Made by a program: the position numbers and the translations under genes. The notes below the pieces were generated by a model. That model searched no databases and was not told where the DNA came from. It was given only the letters and a program-made list of their open reading frames with translations. This document shows, piece after piece, positions 1 through 11,520 of a stretch of DNA of 64,000 bases (positions are counted from its first letter, which is position 1; the number at the start of each line of letters is the position of its first letter). The stretch is from the NCBI GenBank assembly GCA_043228905.1, contig JBHGNT010000003.1, positions 4,154,001-4,218,000 on the forward strand, written 5' to 3'. Source of the DNA: Azolla caroliniana (Eukaryota; Plantae; Polypodiophyta).

Positions 1-2354
1 GAGAGATCTAGATTGTGATGATATTCATCAATCCGACATCTATTACCATGAATTAAACAAACCAGGGCCACTTCAGACATCTCAGTGTTCAAATCAAGAA
101 ATGATACCAGAATTAGCTCCTCAACCAACAGATGTGCCCTATAAGAGCTCCCTCCAGGTAGGAGGAAACCCCATGCCAGATGAGCGAAACAATGCCCAAG
201 ACAGTAAAGTCTTTGAGCATGGCAGTGATCAATTCGATAAGGAGGCTTTACGATTAATAAGCAGCTCTGAAGGTCAGGAGTTCTCCAATCATGAAGAATC
301 AAGTGGCTATTTACAGTTCGAGGACCTGGGAGATTCAGAATTGCAAATTCAACCTACTTCCGTGAAAAACCATGCAGATTTACATGATATGGTGGTCGAA
401 AGTTCGCCAGATAGTTCTGCAGACATAGAGGAGAGAAAAACGCTGATTAGTCAAGAAGTATTTGTTACCAACCTAGATTGTGAAATAAAGGGATCGGTAA
501 ATGCGAGAAAAACTAATTCTGATCACATAGAGACAGATCTTCCTTCATCAGTCAATGCAAACAGTAGAGATGCCTGCGACGAAACAAAATTTAATAATTT
601 GCCTCCAGATTCTCCAAGTTACAGCAGTAGTTCCTGTAGACATGAGTTAAATTCACAGAATAACAACCTTGAGGACTGCATCAGAGTGCTAGATAGTAAA
701 GACAATGTAGTCCTCCAAAATTTTGATAAGAATGGAACAACAATCCCAAGATATATCGTGGACGTTGATGGTTATCAAAGCGAGAATGGACAGAAAGTAT
801 ATAGTTTTCAACTGGATACAGTTGCAATCAATTGTCAAGAGAAGATTATTGAGCAATCCGAGGACCGAGTTCAATTCAACGGGTCTCTCACTTCAAACAG
901 TGTCCCAGATGAAGTTGAGATAGAAAATGAAAGAGATATTTGCATTCCATTTCAACAGGTACTCCAAGGTGATATGAACAATGAATTCGGGTTAACAAAG
1001 AATCCCTTTGCTGTTGAGGATCCTGTGCCTCTTGCATCTGAGGTGGTTTGTCCCAAAGCTACAATTGTACCAAAGGCAGAAAGTTGTGACGAAACTAAGG
1101 TTGCAGGTTTAATGAATCCAGGGAGTGATGAACAAAATGAGACAACAGATTTTCTAGCACACATTGATACAATAATGAGTAATGCTGAACCAACGGATAT
1201 TATCGATCCCCTTACAGATGTTCGCCTAGATCTGGATAATGTTGAGCCAAACAAGATTATGGATTTTGAGGAGGATATACATCAAAGTTCACAAAACGTT
1301 GAACCAGCTGAAGCTACTACAGCTTTCCTGATCATTGATGTCAACCCAAGTCTCGATGGCAATGAGCCTACTGAGACTACAGACTCTTTGAAGGATAATT
1401 ATCAAAGCACAAGTTGTGATGATGAATCAACTGATGCTAAACCTTCTCCAGAAGATGTTCGTCCACGTCCAGCTTTCCCTGAAACAGCTGAAACTACAAC
1501 TTCTTCCTTGATGGATGATGTTCATTCCACTATCCCACAATTACTTGATATCAGTCCACAAGAAGCAAATGATTTTGTAGAAACAGATGACACAAACAGC
1601 AATGCCATAGTAGTTCAAATGGAGACAATGTCAATATCAACAGAAAGCCATCAATATACAAATACAAACGGTAATATGTATAGCATAAAACACATCATTT
1701 GCTACAGGACAATCCTAATTGTAGCCAAAGGAAATCCTGATAGGGACTTTAAGTTCTCTTTTTGCTTTTCTAGTTAGATCCATATGCTACCAAAGATTCT
1801 AGTTTTATACAGATATTTAATGAGATGAGGATTTAGATAGAAAGATATGTCCGACAGAGTATTGTCACTAACATGGACTTTGTATATTGTGAGTTGCAGA
1901 AGCTACTGTCGAGAATAGTGTGAAAGCCAACCTTTGTTTCGATGAAACTACAAACAGGATACTTTTCTGTAGTTCTATTGTACACGAGATTGTGTACAAG
2001 GCAGCCAACATAGCTGCAGAGAAAGAAGCAGCAAATCTAGCAATGGTGGCTCCGAAATCTCATGAAGAAAGAAGGCAATTCCTTAACTCAGAGTACATTC
2101 GATCACTGAGAGGAACGATATCGAGGACGGTCAAGTTCAAAGGAAGGCAGAAGGAAACCAAGTCTGCTTCATTGGCTTCGGATAAAGAAGAAACCTTATG
2201 TGTGGCTGGACCAATCACTCAGCATCCAGTTCCCATGGATGGAATGATGAAGGATGGTGATGAGGCAATGGTGGAGGAGAAGGAAAAAACTACCGAAGCT
2301 AACAGCCAAATAAAATTGGGTGCTAACTCCAACTGTAATTGTATTGTCATGTGA
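1..2354 (+). CDS. 3' part of a large acidic/disordered protein with conserved C-terminal helix and CaaX box (resembles At1g27850-like / basic-proline-rich microtubule-associated family C-terminus); exons <1-1670 and 1900-2354
   Basis: Frame is open from base 2. GT donor at 1671 (phase 1) and TTGCAG acceptor ending 1899 rejoin in frame to LCFDETTNRILFCSSIVHEIVYKAANIAAEKE; the protein ends ...SNCNCIVM*. Family assignment is from recalled motif similarity, not a search. Confidence 0.7.
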
Positions 2355-2839
2355 AGAAACAGACAGAAGATGGAGTATGTCATGTAGCACTGAAGCTCAC
2401 CTTGTACATTATGCTGACCATATACAAAATATATATATACATATGTATAGCATATAAACATATGTGAAGAGAATGTATGTAGGATGGATCAATGGATGTT
2501 TGGATGTGTGTGGAGTTTAGTCTGGATTCACCATCCAGATTTCAAGCCTCTACTCTATAGAATGTCTTAAGACATGCTCTGAAAGCAAGTCATTCATACA
2601 TATGTATTTCATTTCATTTCTTTGTTACTTGTAGAAATAAATGTAACAGGTAAAGTAACCTGTGGTTGTAATGAAGACCTATTGTTTCTACAAAGAACAA
2701 CTTTTAAGGAACACCATAAATACAGGGAAATATTTTTTTAAATACAGCCAGTTTGAAATAGGAGGAACGGGAGGGATGTCTTTGTTTACATAGCCTGGAA
2801 TGGACATAGCGCTGTACTGACACAAGGATCAAAAAGATT

Positions 2840-3640
2840 CAGGAGAAAGAAATGCAGGGTATATGATCATATACTCTTAAGTCTTTCAAGTTAATGTTAG
2901 CTTCCATGGAAAGGCAATGATGCAAAAAGGCAAATGAAATGCATAAATAAAGATCTAACGACACCCATAAGGCCATGTGCCATGAACGAGATGCAGGGTA
3001 TAAGATCATATACACATAAGTCTTTCAAAGTAATGTTAGCTTGCATGGAAAAGAAAGGATGCAAAATGGCAATCGACATGCATGCACACAGAGAGAGAGT
3101 AAAGACATTGCAACACCCACAAGGCCATGTGCCATGAAAGAGATGCAGAGTATATGATCATGCAGAGTAAAGACATTGCAACACCCACAAGGCCATGTGC
3201 CATGAAAGAGATGCAGGGCATGTGGTCATATACTCATAAGTTTTTTCAAGGTAATAATACCTTCCGTGGACAAAAAATAATGCAAAATGGCTATGAAATG
3301 CATACACACAGTAAAGACGTTGCAACACCCACAAGGCTGAAAGAAATGAAGGTTACATGATCATATATACTCATAAGTCTTTTAAGGTAATGTTACCTTC
3401 CATGGAAAGACATTTTTCAACACCCACAAGGCCGTGTGCCATGAAAGAAATGCAGGGTATATGATCATATACACATAAGTCTTTCAAAGTACATAATGCT
3501 ACCATTGAAACGTAAAGGTGCATTTTGACTATTGAAATGCACACCCATATACACACAAAGAGGGTAAAGACTGTGCAACACCCACAAGGCCTTGTGCCCT
3601 GCAGAGAATAGACTTTCAAAATATGAAAGAGATGCCTCTC
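2840..3640. repeat. Degenerate tandem repeat, ~70-150 bp units, about 6 copies
   Basis: Recurring GCAACACCCACAAGGCCATGTGCCATGAAAGAGATGCAGGGTATATGATCATATACACATAAGTCTTTCAA blocks. Confidence 0.9.
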
Positions 3641-3757
3641 TTTGCTTAACATCAGCTCTATGCCTTTGAAGAAGAACATAAGTTTCTGAAAAATTACAGA
3701 CACACCCCCACCCCTTTCTCTACATTATACAAATCACATCGATGCCCCTGTCCCATT

Positions 3758-3900
3758 TTAACCACTCCTAAGAAAAACCTTCATCCCAATTATCCTTTTG
3801 TATGTATGTGAGTCCACATGGGTCCGCGTTACATACAAAAGGATCATCAAGATGAAGGGTTTTCTTGAAAATGGTTAAGAAAAACCTTCATTCCAATTAT
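3758..3900. repeat. Inverted repeat (~49-bp arms, ~23-nt loop) followed by a direct re-copy of part of the left arm
   Basis: 3758-3806 TTAACCACTCCTAAGAAAAACCTTCATCCCAATTATCCTTTTGTATGTA pairs with 3830-3878; 3877-3900 repeats 3770-3793. Confidence 0.85.
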
Positions 3901-5849
3901 TCTCATCATCTCTAGTTTGCTACAAGATACTTCCTAGCACGAAATTAGAAGAATCTTCTTCAATGTTGAAAGGTATGGCTAGGTCTCGCATGAACCTAAA
4001 TCAAGACTAAAGTTAACACTTGCTTTCTTTAGCTAGACTCGAGCTCCATGTCTAGTTCTTCTACTTGAGGTATGTGAGAACCAGTGTGATCTTAATTTAC
4101 AAATCCTAAGAAATGTTGAAATGTGGTGTCTACCAATCAAGAACTATTTGAACCTTCATTGAATCAATATATAGCATTTGTGAAGAACCACATAGCCCAA
4201 ATTTCTAGGTTCTAATTGGATACAATGAAAGCTACATTTCTCATATTTTGTATAGAGTTCATATTCTCACAACCACTAAAGGGCTTGATAAACATTGTGT
4301 TGTTTAATTAGGTGTATTACTCTTATCACGTATCTTTCTTTCTATTAGTATTCAGTTTCCTTATTGAGGTTGTGTTGTGGATCAAATCATCATTTTATGT
4401 TTACTTGGCAAATCAAGCAAGTGTGATTGTCAAGGGCTATTAAGTTACCAACATTCACATATTAGAACTAAAGGAAATTCTTCCTTTCCTCTATTGAACA
4501 ATTATTATAACTAAGAAGCTAATTTTTATGTTGAACATACAATCATTTCTTTTGTTTGTCCTAGTTTCACTAACTTAAGGAAATCCTACTTATGGTTCTG
4601 CTAGGGGTTATTGATTGTGTGGCATTTTCTAGTCAATATTTACATTATGAAGTTTGAACCATCACATACCAAGAATGTATGGATGTTATCTAGCAATGTC
4701 AAAGGAGATTACATGCATTGAATTCACAAGTACCACATGAACTAGCCTAATCAATTATATCACACGATGCAATGAAATGCTTGTCAATGATAGCTATAGA
4801 GACTAGATGAGGGAGCTTGTTCGAGAGGATTTGTTGTCCAACTATGAGCAAAAGATAACTAACCCCACACAAGAAGTATAAAAATGAACACTAGATACAA
4901 GGGTGGGGGCTTTGGTCTTGATAGAACATTCTAGTTGTGCTTACGTTGAAGTCTACATTCATAAGAGAATGAGTGTGATATTTGAAGTTTCATAGAAAAG
5001 GTGTATGGTTGAGTTTGACATCTTGAAAATCCCCTCATTTGATCTCTCACTCGTTCCTTGTCCCTCATTCCTCATTTCTAATTCTTTCATCCTCTCATCC
5101 TCTCACATATTTTCAATATTGAATCATAATGATACATATATTCCAACAAATGCAATGATCTAGTTGAGCCATTGGCATATTATATGATGCCTTATATAAG
5201 TTCACTACTTTAAGACACCTTTAGTGTGTTTGGGAAGAAGCATACGTATGAACTATTCACATGCATGTGCTATTAAATGTAAAAGTGCTTTGATGACCAA
5301 TGTGGGTACTAAAGTAGAACATGAAAATACTGCCTTTTCACGCAAATTATGATATGTTTAAAACTTGTGGAGTGGAAAATCCTTTTCATTATAAAGTTAT
5401 AACTTGCATTTACGTCGAAGGCAACCGTTTAATAACATGTTTGTGGTAGACATTATTATTATTTGACTTCAACATCATTACCCTAAAGTTTAATCATCTC
5501 CTTGCATATAAAATATTGGTATCACAAAATTGTCCTCTCGCTAATGAATGGCTTAAAAAATGTATCAGTATAGTTTTAAAGTTTGTTATAAAAAATCATG
5601 CTCATTACTCGAACAGTTAATTAACACTCTTCTCTTTGGAAAAAGACGTGGCTTTATGTAATCACTTGATGCACGATCCACAAATCAGTTGAAAATGTTG
5701 GCTTACAAAAGGCGATACTCACAAAGACATGGAGGGTGATGTTCTCAAATATTGGCATGATCAATCAATGTGAGACTATGTGCATGGGCATGTGGTATTC
5801 CGACATGTGTTTACCGTGTGGTTGGACATAGGCAAGAACCGAAGACCGA

Positions 5850-6340
5850 CGAGAGTAGTGGATGGTTTGAGGGGGGGGGTATACACAAGATATATATAAT
5901 ATCCAACATTTGTTTGGCCTTGGGGATGTGGAAGTTGCAAGCAGAACACGAGCGCGGGTAGGGTAATTTGATCAAGATTGCAAGGGGGGGTGAACAAACT
6001 AGCCCTAGAAGAACCCTCAGGCACATGGACAAACCCTCGGGAATGTGAGAGATACCATGAGGTGGCGAAGAACGATGGGAGTAGCGGATGATTTGAGTAA
6101 GCATACACAAGATATATATAACATCTGACCTTCATTTGGCCTTGGGGACATGAAAGTTTCGAGCGCGGGGTAATTTGATCAGAATGGGCGGTGGCACAAA
6201 GGGGGGGGGGGGGTGGACAAACAAGCCTTGGACGAATCCTTGGGCACGTGGACAAACTCACCTCGGACGAACCTCGGGTGTGCGGACGAACTCAGCCCTG
6301 GACAAACCCTTGGGCACGTGAGAGATGCCATGAGGTGTCG
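5850..6340. repeat. GC/G-tract-rich two-copy degenerate repeat (~230-250 bp), probably TE-derived
   Basis: ATACACAAGATATATATAA...TTTGGCCTTGGGGA...GAGCGCGGG...TAATTTGATCA...GGACAAACCCT...GTGAGAGAT.CCATGAGGTG occurs twice. Confidence 0.75.
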
Positions 6341-6352
6341 AGGAGATGTGGT

Positions 6353-6475
6353 CCACGTCATGCCCAAAGGAGAGGGGATATGGGGGGGGGAGCCACGTCA
6401 TGCCCAATGGAGAGGGGATATGGGGCCACGTCATGCCCAAAGGAGAGAGGGGATATGGGCCCACGTCATGCCCAA
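6353..6475. repeat. Four tandem ~33-40 bp units each containing CCACGTCATGCCCAA (ACGT-core bZIP-type site)
   Basis: CCACGTCA at 6353, 6393, 6426 and 6461, separated by GGAGAGGGGATATGGG spacers. Confidence 0.9.
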
Positions 6476-6647
6476 CAGAACCCATACCGTCGTTGGTCGG
6501 GGATAGAGAGATGCCCCACGACTGATGGTCTTCCCCTGCAACTGCTCTGTTCTGCCCTGCTTCTCTGTCTCTGTCTCTCTGTCTCTGTCTCTGTTTGTCT
6601 TTCTTCCTTATTACCTCTGCATCTCTTCTCTGTTGCAGTGCAGAGCA

Positions 6648-6686
6648 GAATATGCTGTCAACAATGCTCTCTCCGAAAGTATATTC
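6648..6686 (+). promoter_or_regulatory. Pair of P1BS (GNATATNC) PHR1-binding phosphate-starvation elements upstream of SQD2
   Basis: GAATATGC 6648-6655 and GTATATTC 6679-6686, ~260-295 bp upstream of the SQD2 ATG; SQD2 is a known Pi-starvation-induced gene. Confidence 0.75.
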
Positions 6687-6854
6687 CCCACGCAGAGCCT
6701 AATTGGGTGGGGTCCTCCTCCTTCTGCATCGAGCTTCCTTCCTCCCTTCCTCCCTTCCTTCCTGTTCTTCATTCGTATCAGCAGGAATCTCTGCTCTGCA
6801 CCAGATACTCACACATCACATCACATCACATATATATATACATACACACATAAA

Positions 6855-6862
6855 TAGGGTTT
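6855..6862 (-). promoter_or_regulatory. Telo-box (AAACCCTA) near SQD2 5' end; also at 37471-37478 (RING gene) and 51440-51447 (PPR gene)
   Basis: TAGGGTTT on + strand in the CT-rich 5' regions of three genes. Confidence 0.45.
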
Positions 6863-6943
6863 GTTCCATTAGAGCTGCCTTTCCTCTACTACTACTACCA
6901 CTACCACTACCACTACCACTACTGCTAATACTGCTACCCTGCC

Positions 6944-9735
6944 ATGGCTTTTGCTGCTACCTCATCGCCAATTCTCTCTGGCGGAGCAGGATCTTATCCT
7001 CTATATTCTTCGGCACAGCAGCGCATCTCCGCCTGCACATGCTCCGATGTCCGTGTCATTAAAGATGGAAGAGGAAGTGGTGTTCGCTTGACGATGACAA
7101 TTCCATCTCCCAGAGGTGTTATGGGGTCGGTAATATTCGATGGGATCATGATGACAAATGGATGGTCTTCTGTGCCTGATAACAATATGAAGATGAAGAA
7201 GAAAAAGAATGGATCACAGAGGACATTGTTGGTGACTCGATCTTGCAGCTCAATGGTTCCTGCCACTCTAGAGCCCTCATTCTCTGACAACGAAAGGAAC
7301 AGCAATGACAACGTTGTCGCACACAAACCTCGGCGGATCGCCCTCTTTGTTGAACCCTCCCCTTTTGCGTAAGCTCCTTTCAAGCTCTTCTAGTGAACAT
7401 ATTTGGTTTTTGTTTAAGATCTCTTTTTTAAGGAACTTATGTGATTGTTTCCTTCTGTCATCAATTGATCATGTATGCCCTTCATGGCATTACAGTTGAT
7501 TGCAATCAACATCCTATGTATCCATCATGCTATGTCTATAAGACACTGATTTATATTGAATGTCCATGAAAATGTTTATCCCAATCATGCTCTTGTGTTT
7601 ATCATCTGTGATTTCTGTAAACTACTACATCATATTGGACGTGTCCATGGAAAATATATAATGGACCAAATTGACCAGATTTTTTTTTGTACCTTGCAAC
7701 ATGCAGATATGTTTCAGGATATAAAAATCGGTTCCAAAACTTCATCCGTTACCTAAGAGAGATGGGCGATGAGGTAGATGGAGCTATACATACTGTTCTT
7801 GAGAGAATTTCAATATGACAAATTTGAACATGTTTTCAGAAGGTTTTGTTTGCTTGTCTCTTACCAGGTAATAGTGGTGACCACGCATGAAGGAGCTCCA
7901 GAATACTACCATGGTGCAAAGGTTGTTGCATCTTGGAGGTATAGAAAACGATGGACACTATTTTGCTTTTCTCCATCTCTGATTTTGCATTACTTCACAT
8001 CCATGTCCTGTTTATTTTGCAGTTTTCCTTGTCCGTGGTATAAAGTTGTTCCTCTGTCGTTAGCTCTAAGCCCCCGGATAATCATGGAGGTCGCAAAATT
8101 TAAGCCTGACATAATACACGCATCATCCCCTGGTATCATGGTGTGTATTATCATGAGATCTGTTTTCTGCTATTCTTCAACCCTCATGATCAATATTGCT
8201 CGATTCTAATAATGTAAATCACAATCATGATTAGGTTATTGGTGCCCTCATTATTGCTAAACTCTTGCAAGTTCCTCTGGTCTTATCATATCATACACAT
8301 GTTCCAGTGTAAGTTGCTCCTCAGTTGTCTTTGTGACATGTCTGTTGAGCCGAGGTTTTATGTATGGATTCAAGTTTTAGTTGGCTCAAATGATCTTTTT
8401 GTTCAGGTATATTCCAAAGTATACCTTCAGCTGGCTGGTGAAACCGATGTGGTTAGTGATAAGTAAGTCACTTCATATGATATGTAAGATCTGTGTTTCA
8501 TTATTCAGTTATTGAGGTTTGATTGAATGATGCACCATTTTCTTGTAGAGATCTTGCACAGGGCTGCTGATCTTACTCTTGTTACATCGAGTGTCCTTGG
8601 AAAGGAACTTCAAGGAGCAGGTGCTGCTGCTGGTAGGTTTCAACCAAATTTCCCTTCTAAAATGACCTTTTTATATTCTGAGATCCATGAGAAAAGGAAT
8701 CCTGCTTAAGAACTGGTTTCCTTCAGCTTACAAGATCCGAGTATGGCGAAAAGGAGTCGATTCAGAGAGGTTTCATCCTCGCTTCAAGTCTTCGGAGATG
8801 CGAGCTCGCCTAAGGTATATGTATAAATAATTTAGCACTTCCAGGACATGGTTATTGTTTGATTCACATGACTAACTCACTCTTTCTACCATTTATGTAG
8901 CAATGGTGAGATTGAAAAGCCACTCATAGTACATGTTGGTCGTCTGGGTGCTGAGAAAAGCCTAGATTTCTTGAAGAAGTGAGAAATCCTCTGTTCAACA
9001 TTTTTCATAGTTTTTTTTGTCAACTCCTACACATTGTCTAACATTATGTCTATCTCATCTGTAGAGTGATGGAAAGGCTGCCTCATGCCCGTCTCGCCTT
9101 TGTTGGCGATGGTCCATACAGGTAAGGATCTCTTAGAGATATAGCAGCATAGCATGACCATAGTCATTTATGCCTTTTTTGGGCTTATGTTGGATTCCTT
9201 GGGAAGCCGGAAAACATAAACTTGAACATGTGGAAGCAGGGAGGATCTGGAGAAGATGTTCGAAGGGATGCCAGTTGTATTCACAGGCATGTTACACGGG
9301 GAGGAACTGTCTCAAGCATATGCAAGTGGGGATGTGTTTATCATGCCCTCGGAATCGGAGACACTGGGGCTGGTGGTTCTGGAAGCCATGGCATCTGGGA
9401 TACCCATCGTGGCAGCACGAGCCGGGGGCATTCCGGACATCATCCCATCACACCAGGAAGGAGAGACAGGATTCCTTTTCACACCCGGAGATCTTGAGGA
9501 TTGTGTTGGCAAGCTGGATGCTGTACTTGCATCCTCGGAGCTACAAGAGCGGATGTCAGCGGCTGGACGTATCGAGGTGGAGAAGCACGACTGGCGGGCC
9601 GCAACGAGGCACGTGAGGAACGAGTATAATGCCGCGATTTGGTTCTGGCAGAAGAGAAGACACCAGCTCTCGAGGTGGCTTGCATGGGCTTTCCGGCGGA
9701 CCGCATCTATTGGGCGCCTCGAGGCCTCGTCGTGA
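6944..9735 (+). CDS. SQD2: Sulfoquinovosyltransferase (SQDG synthase, GT4), chloroplast; exons 6944-7368, 7707-7773, 7868-7938, 8023-8140, 8235-8308, 8407-8462, 8549-8632, 8727-8814, 8901-8978, 9065-9121, 9240-9735
   Basis: Spliced translation gives KPRRIALFVEPSPFAYVSGYKNRFQNFIRYLREMGDEV, FPCPWY, PDIIHASSPGIM, SYHTHVP, VHVGRLGAEKSL, FVGDGPYR and PSESETLGLVVLEAMASG. All introns are GT-AG and the N-terminus is transit-peptide-like. Confidence 0.96.
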
Positions 9736-9909
9736 TGATGCTCCCCCTTCCTTATCTTTGTACTTTCTAGCCCCAGATCATGATCATGGTGTGGAAATTC
9801 CTCCCAATGTAGGCCTATATGTTTAACTTCAATCGATTGTTGTATACACAACATATATTTTCTCCGAGTCTTATTATATATGAAGTGCTTTTATAAAACA
9901 CTATACATT

Positions 9910-10207
9910 CTCGTGGACATGCAGCATGAAGCGCTTTCAAATCGCATTACTCGATACTGGGATTTATTGGTCATGTTTTGATGTTGGAGCAGCTTCAACA
10001 TCAATTTATAATGACATTGTAGATATCGTTAACCAATGAGATAGAGCCAATTGAAAATTCGTGGACATGCAGCATAAAGTGCTTTCAATAGCATTACTCG
10101 ATACTGGGATTTATTGGTCATGTTTTGATATTGGAGCAGCTTCAACATCAATTTATAATGACTTTGTAGATATGCTTAACACCAATGAGATGGAGCCAAT
10201 TGAAAAT
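9910..10207. repeat. Tandem duplication, ~149 bp x2
   Basis: TCGTGGACATGCAGCAT...GAGCCAATTGAAAAT occurs twice. Confidence 0.9.
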
Positions 10208-10327
10208 GGCCTCACTTGAAATGTCAACATCGTTTTTACTTGCTAAGTTAGTAACAATATTGCTTTTCTAATGTTTCCTATGTTAGAGGTCAGCTAGTAT
10301 TTTTAGTATGATTCATTCAATAAACAT

Positions 10328-11029
10328 GCTGTAATTTGGTTGGGGATTCATTGTTTCTTTGTAATGGAGAGAGTTTTGATGTTGACCAGTTTTTACTGAT
10401 GTTCAATTGTTAACTCAATTTGGTATGTTTTAATCAGTTACTTTTTTGTGCATGGTATGCTCGAGGTCAGATAAATTCAACAGTTCCCAAAACTTGTGTT
10501 TATCCTCTACTGCAATAGGAATTCATGTCCATTGAATGAATCATGTCATGAAATAAGAATTGGTGAACAAATTTCTTCATTGAATCAATGAGTTTTCGCT
10601 CTTTATATCATGTCGGCAATGGGCTGCCACGGAACAAGAGGATACTCTATGAAAGCCAATTTTATGGTGACATAAGTACGCTGTAATTTTGATGGGGGTT
10701 CAATGTTTCTTTGTAATGGAGAGTTTTGATGTCGACCAGTTTTTGCTGATGTTCAATTGTTAACTTGATTTGGTATGTTTTAATCAGTTTCTTTTTTGTA
10801 CATGGTATGCTCGAGTTCAGATAAATTCAACAGTTCCCAAACTTGTGTTTATCCTCTAATACAATAGGAATTCATGTCCATCGAACGAATTATGCCATGA
10901 AATCAGAATTGGTGAACAAATTTCTTCATTGAATCAATGAGTTTTTGCTCTTTATATCATGTCAGCAATGGGCTGCCATGGAACAAGAGAATGGACACTA
11001 TGAAAGCCAATTTTATGGTGACATAAGTA
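10328..11029. repeat. Tandem duplication, ~350 bp x2
   Basis: GCTGTAATTT...GTGACATAAGTAC occurs twice with high identity. Confidence 0.9.
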
Positions 11030-11339
11030 CATTGCATTATCCAAGAAAAAGATGAAATGTACCCCTTTACCCCTCAACACATATAGGCTAATATCAGTTT
11101 AAACCTTGGTGGTATTAGACACATTGATTTTACGGTTTACCCTACTAGGCAATAAAGCTCTCTACTTCATTGTTAAACTCAGATGCTTCACCTCCCTATA
11201 TATAATCACTCTATCTTCTCTTTGTTTAACATCACATCTCTCTCTAAAACCACAATGCTCTCTATTTCACCTTCAACTTAAGTCTCATATGTCTCTCTCT
11301 CCCTCTCTCTCTCTCTCCACACGTTATACTACATAGTCA

Positions 11340-11520
11340 TACCTACATATCCAAATACTTTATGGAACATGGAAACGGCTCATATCAATACATGTTAGAG
11401 ATTGTCCACCATCAAAACCATGTTAACACTTGCTTTGATGTTAGATTGGATGGGGCATAGTAAGATTCTTGAGCGTTGAATGCCATTCTCACTTTCACGC
11501 GTGATATATTTGGTGTCATA
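11340..11520 (-). mobile_element. Possible Mutator-like transposase relic
   Basis: Minus strand encodes DTKY...WHSTLK, resembling the MULE TNNxxExWHxxLK motif; a related EHWHSTQ lies at ~41660-41700 (-). Confidence 0.3.

Noticed and set aside
1671-1777. ORF-track C-terminus ...FSFCFSS of the 558-aa ORF
   Set aside because: Read-through into the intron; the splice to 1900 restores the conserved C-terminus
2840-3640. CRISPR-like repeat/spacer array
   Set aside because: Eukaryotic context, degenerate repeats, homologous spacers and no cas genes
3840-3856. miR172-like sequence in the hairpin arm (ATCATCAAGAT)
   Set aside because: Only an 11-nt core matches; both ends differ from miR172
3950-4900. 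Possible hAT transposase relic (also ~34200-34700 and ~45100-46000)
   Set aside because: Only faint motif hints (DG.., HC..H.L-like); cannot be supported without a profile search
6191-6853. 220-aa ORF upstream of SQD2
   Set aside because: Made of G-rich minisatellite and CT microsatellite translations; no domain signal
9312-9854. 180-aa antisense ORF over the SQD2 last exon
   Set aside because: Shadow frame of a GC-rich coding exon
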